From contig NC_087263.1 of the NCBI RefSeq assembly GCF_037042905.1, positions 11,286,001-11,350,000 on the forward strand: a stretch of DNA of 64,000 bases. The letters are read 5' to 3'. The notes under the pieces are model-generated. The model was not told where the DNA came from. It searched no databases and worked only from the letters and a program-made list of their open reading frames with translations. Positions within the stretch are counted from its first letter, which is position 1; the number at the start of each line of letters is the position of its first letter. The stretch comes from Lytechinus pictus (Eukaryota). The position numbers and the translations under genes were made by a program. Positions 63,115 to 64,000 of this stretch are shown here, piece after piece.

Positions 63115-63590
63115 AATTGCTATTTATTGGCATGCTCTATTGCATTTTTGTCCACAGAGCTTATTATCCAGAAGTTTCTTAAATTCTGTTGGATGGCAGC
63201 TGCTTACTTTATTTATTTTGTTTTTTTTATTTCTTCGTTTCTTTCTTTCTTTGTTTTTTGTCACGTTTCTGTGTTGTGTTGTTTTTGTGGGTGTAATTTA
63301 ATTGATAAAATGTTGTCACGTGTATTATTACTAAGTAGTAATGTCAAATGTAATGTATAAAAAAGGGAACCTTATCTACAAGCATTCTGCTTCTAAGGTT
63401 TCCTCCACTTTTCCGTTTTTGTATGTACTTAAACATGTATTAATATGTAGTGATTAAGAATGCTTGTTATCTATACTTATATAGTCTACGTGTGTAATGG
63501 TTGCTCAGCTTAGTTATGTCAGTTAAGTTATCAAAGTTTTGTAACATAACGGATTTGTGGAAATAAAACCTAAATGAAAAATGAAAAAAT
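59998..63590 (+). mobile_element. CR1-group (CR1/L2/Crack/Daphne-like) non-LTR retrotransposon; 5' boundary undetermined, somewhere upstream of 59998
   Basis: Intact ORF2, ~450-bp T-rich 3'UTR with stem-loop (63365-63403), AATAAA and short AAATGAA-repeat tail; no ORF1 visible. Confidence 0.88.
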
Positions 63591-63867
63591 ATGTATAATT
63601 CCATATTCGATCTATTTCTTGTTATTTTTTGGTTATCATTCTTTGCAGGAATGGTCAGTTTAACATTTACGTTTTACTCTGTGCCGATGATCAATTCATT
63701 TCTATAACTAAAAAAGTGCAAAATAAATGATTTTGAGATATAATCTACCATCTCTAAAGGCGCGCACAAATAAACTGTAAAAATCATATCACAAGTAGTA
63801 AAGTGAGTATAAAAAATGTGCAGGCATACGGTGTGTGTGCGTATGGGAGGCTGTGTGTGTCAGGTGT

Positions 63868-64000
63868 CAGGGGTGTGAGAGTTCAGATTTTTATCTGATT
63901 TCAGATTTTTTTATTTTTTATTTCAGCTTATTTTTGGCTTACCTCTGTACAAAAAGTATGGGAGCTCTTCTATTTCAGACTTTTTCAACACTCTTCAGCT
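63868..64000. mobile_element. Second copy of the 185-bp MITE, cut by the window edge
   Basis: Near-identical to 44117 onwards. Confidence 0.85.

Overview
AT-rich, repeat-rich eukaryotic (invertebrate) genomic DNA. The repeat types and gene content suggest an echinoderm such as a sea urchin, but this is inference. Two host genes are well supported, both on the minus strand. The first is an 8-coding-exon, 459-aa Aa_trans/AAAP-family amino-acid transporter (CDS 23417->12671); all eight exons were joined by hand at GT-AG sites with consistent phases. The second is a 405-aa aminergic class A GPCR with an intronless CDS that resembles histamine H3/H4 receptors (50183->48966). A probable terminal exon plus 3'UTR of a third, plus-strand gene lies at 9427-~10670. 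Mobile DNA dominates the rest: a CR1-group LINE with an intact 1038-aa endonuclease+RT ORF2, 5'-truncated LINE relics, two subfamilies of tRNA-derived SINEs, and many non-autonomous DNA transposons (hAT-type with 8-bp TSDs, TTAA/Kolobok-type, TA-flanked CAC-ended, Harbinger-like palindromic MITEs), several of them nested. I found no convincing new multi-gene system. The best leads are a possible lysosomal signature of the transporter (CLEAR-like E-box plus acidic dileucine-like motif), MITE hairpins in its probable 3'UTR, a covarying 3' stem-loop shared by three LINE copies, and a promoter-like small TTAA element.
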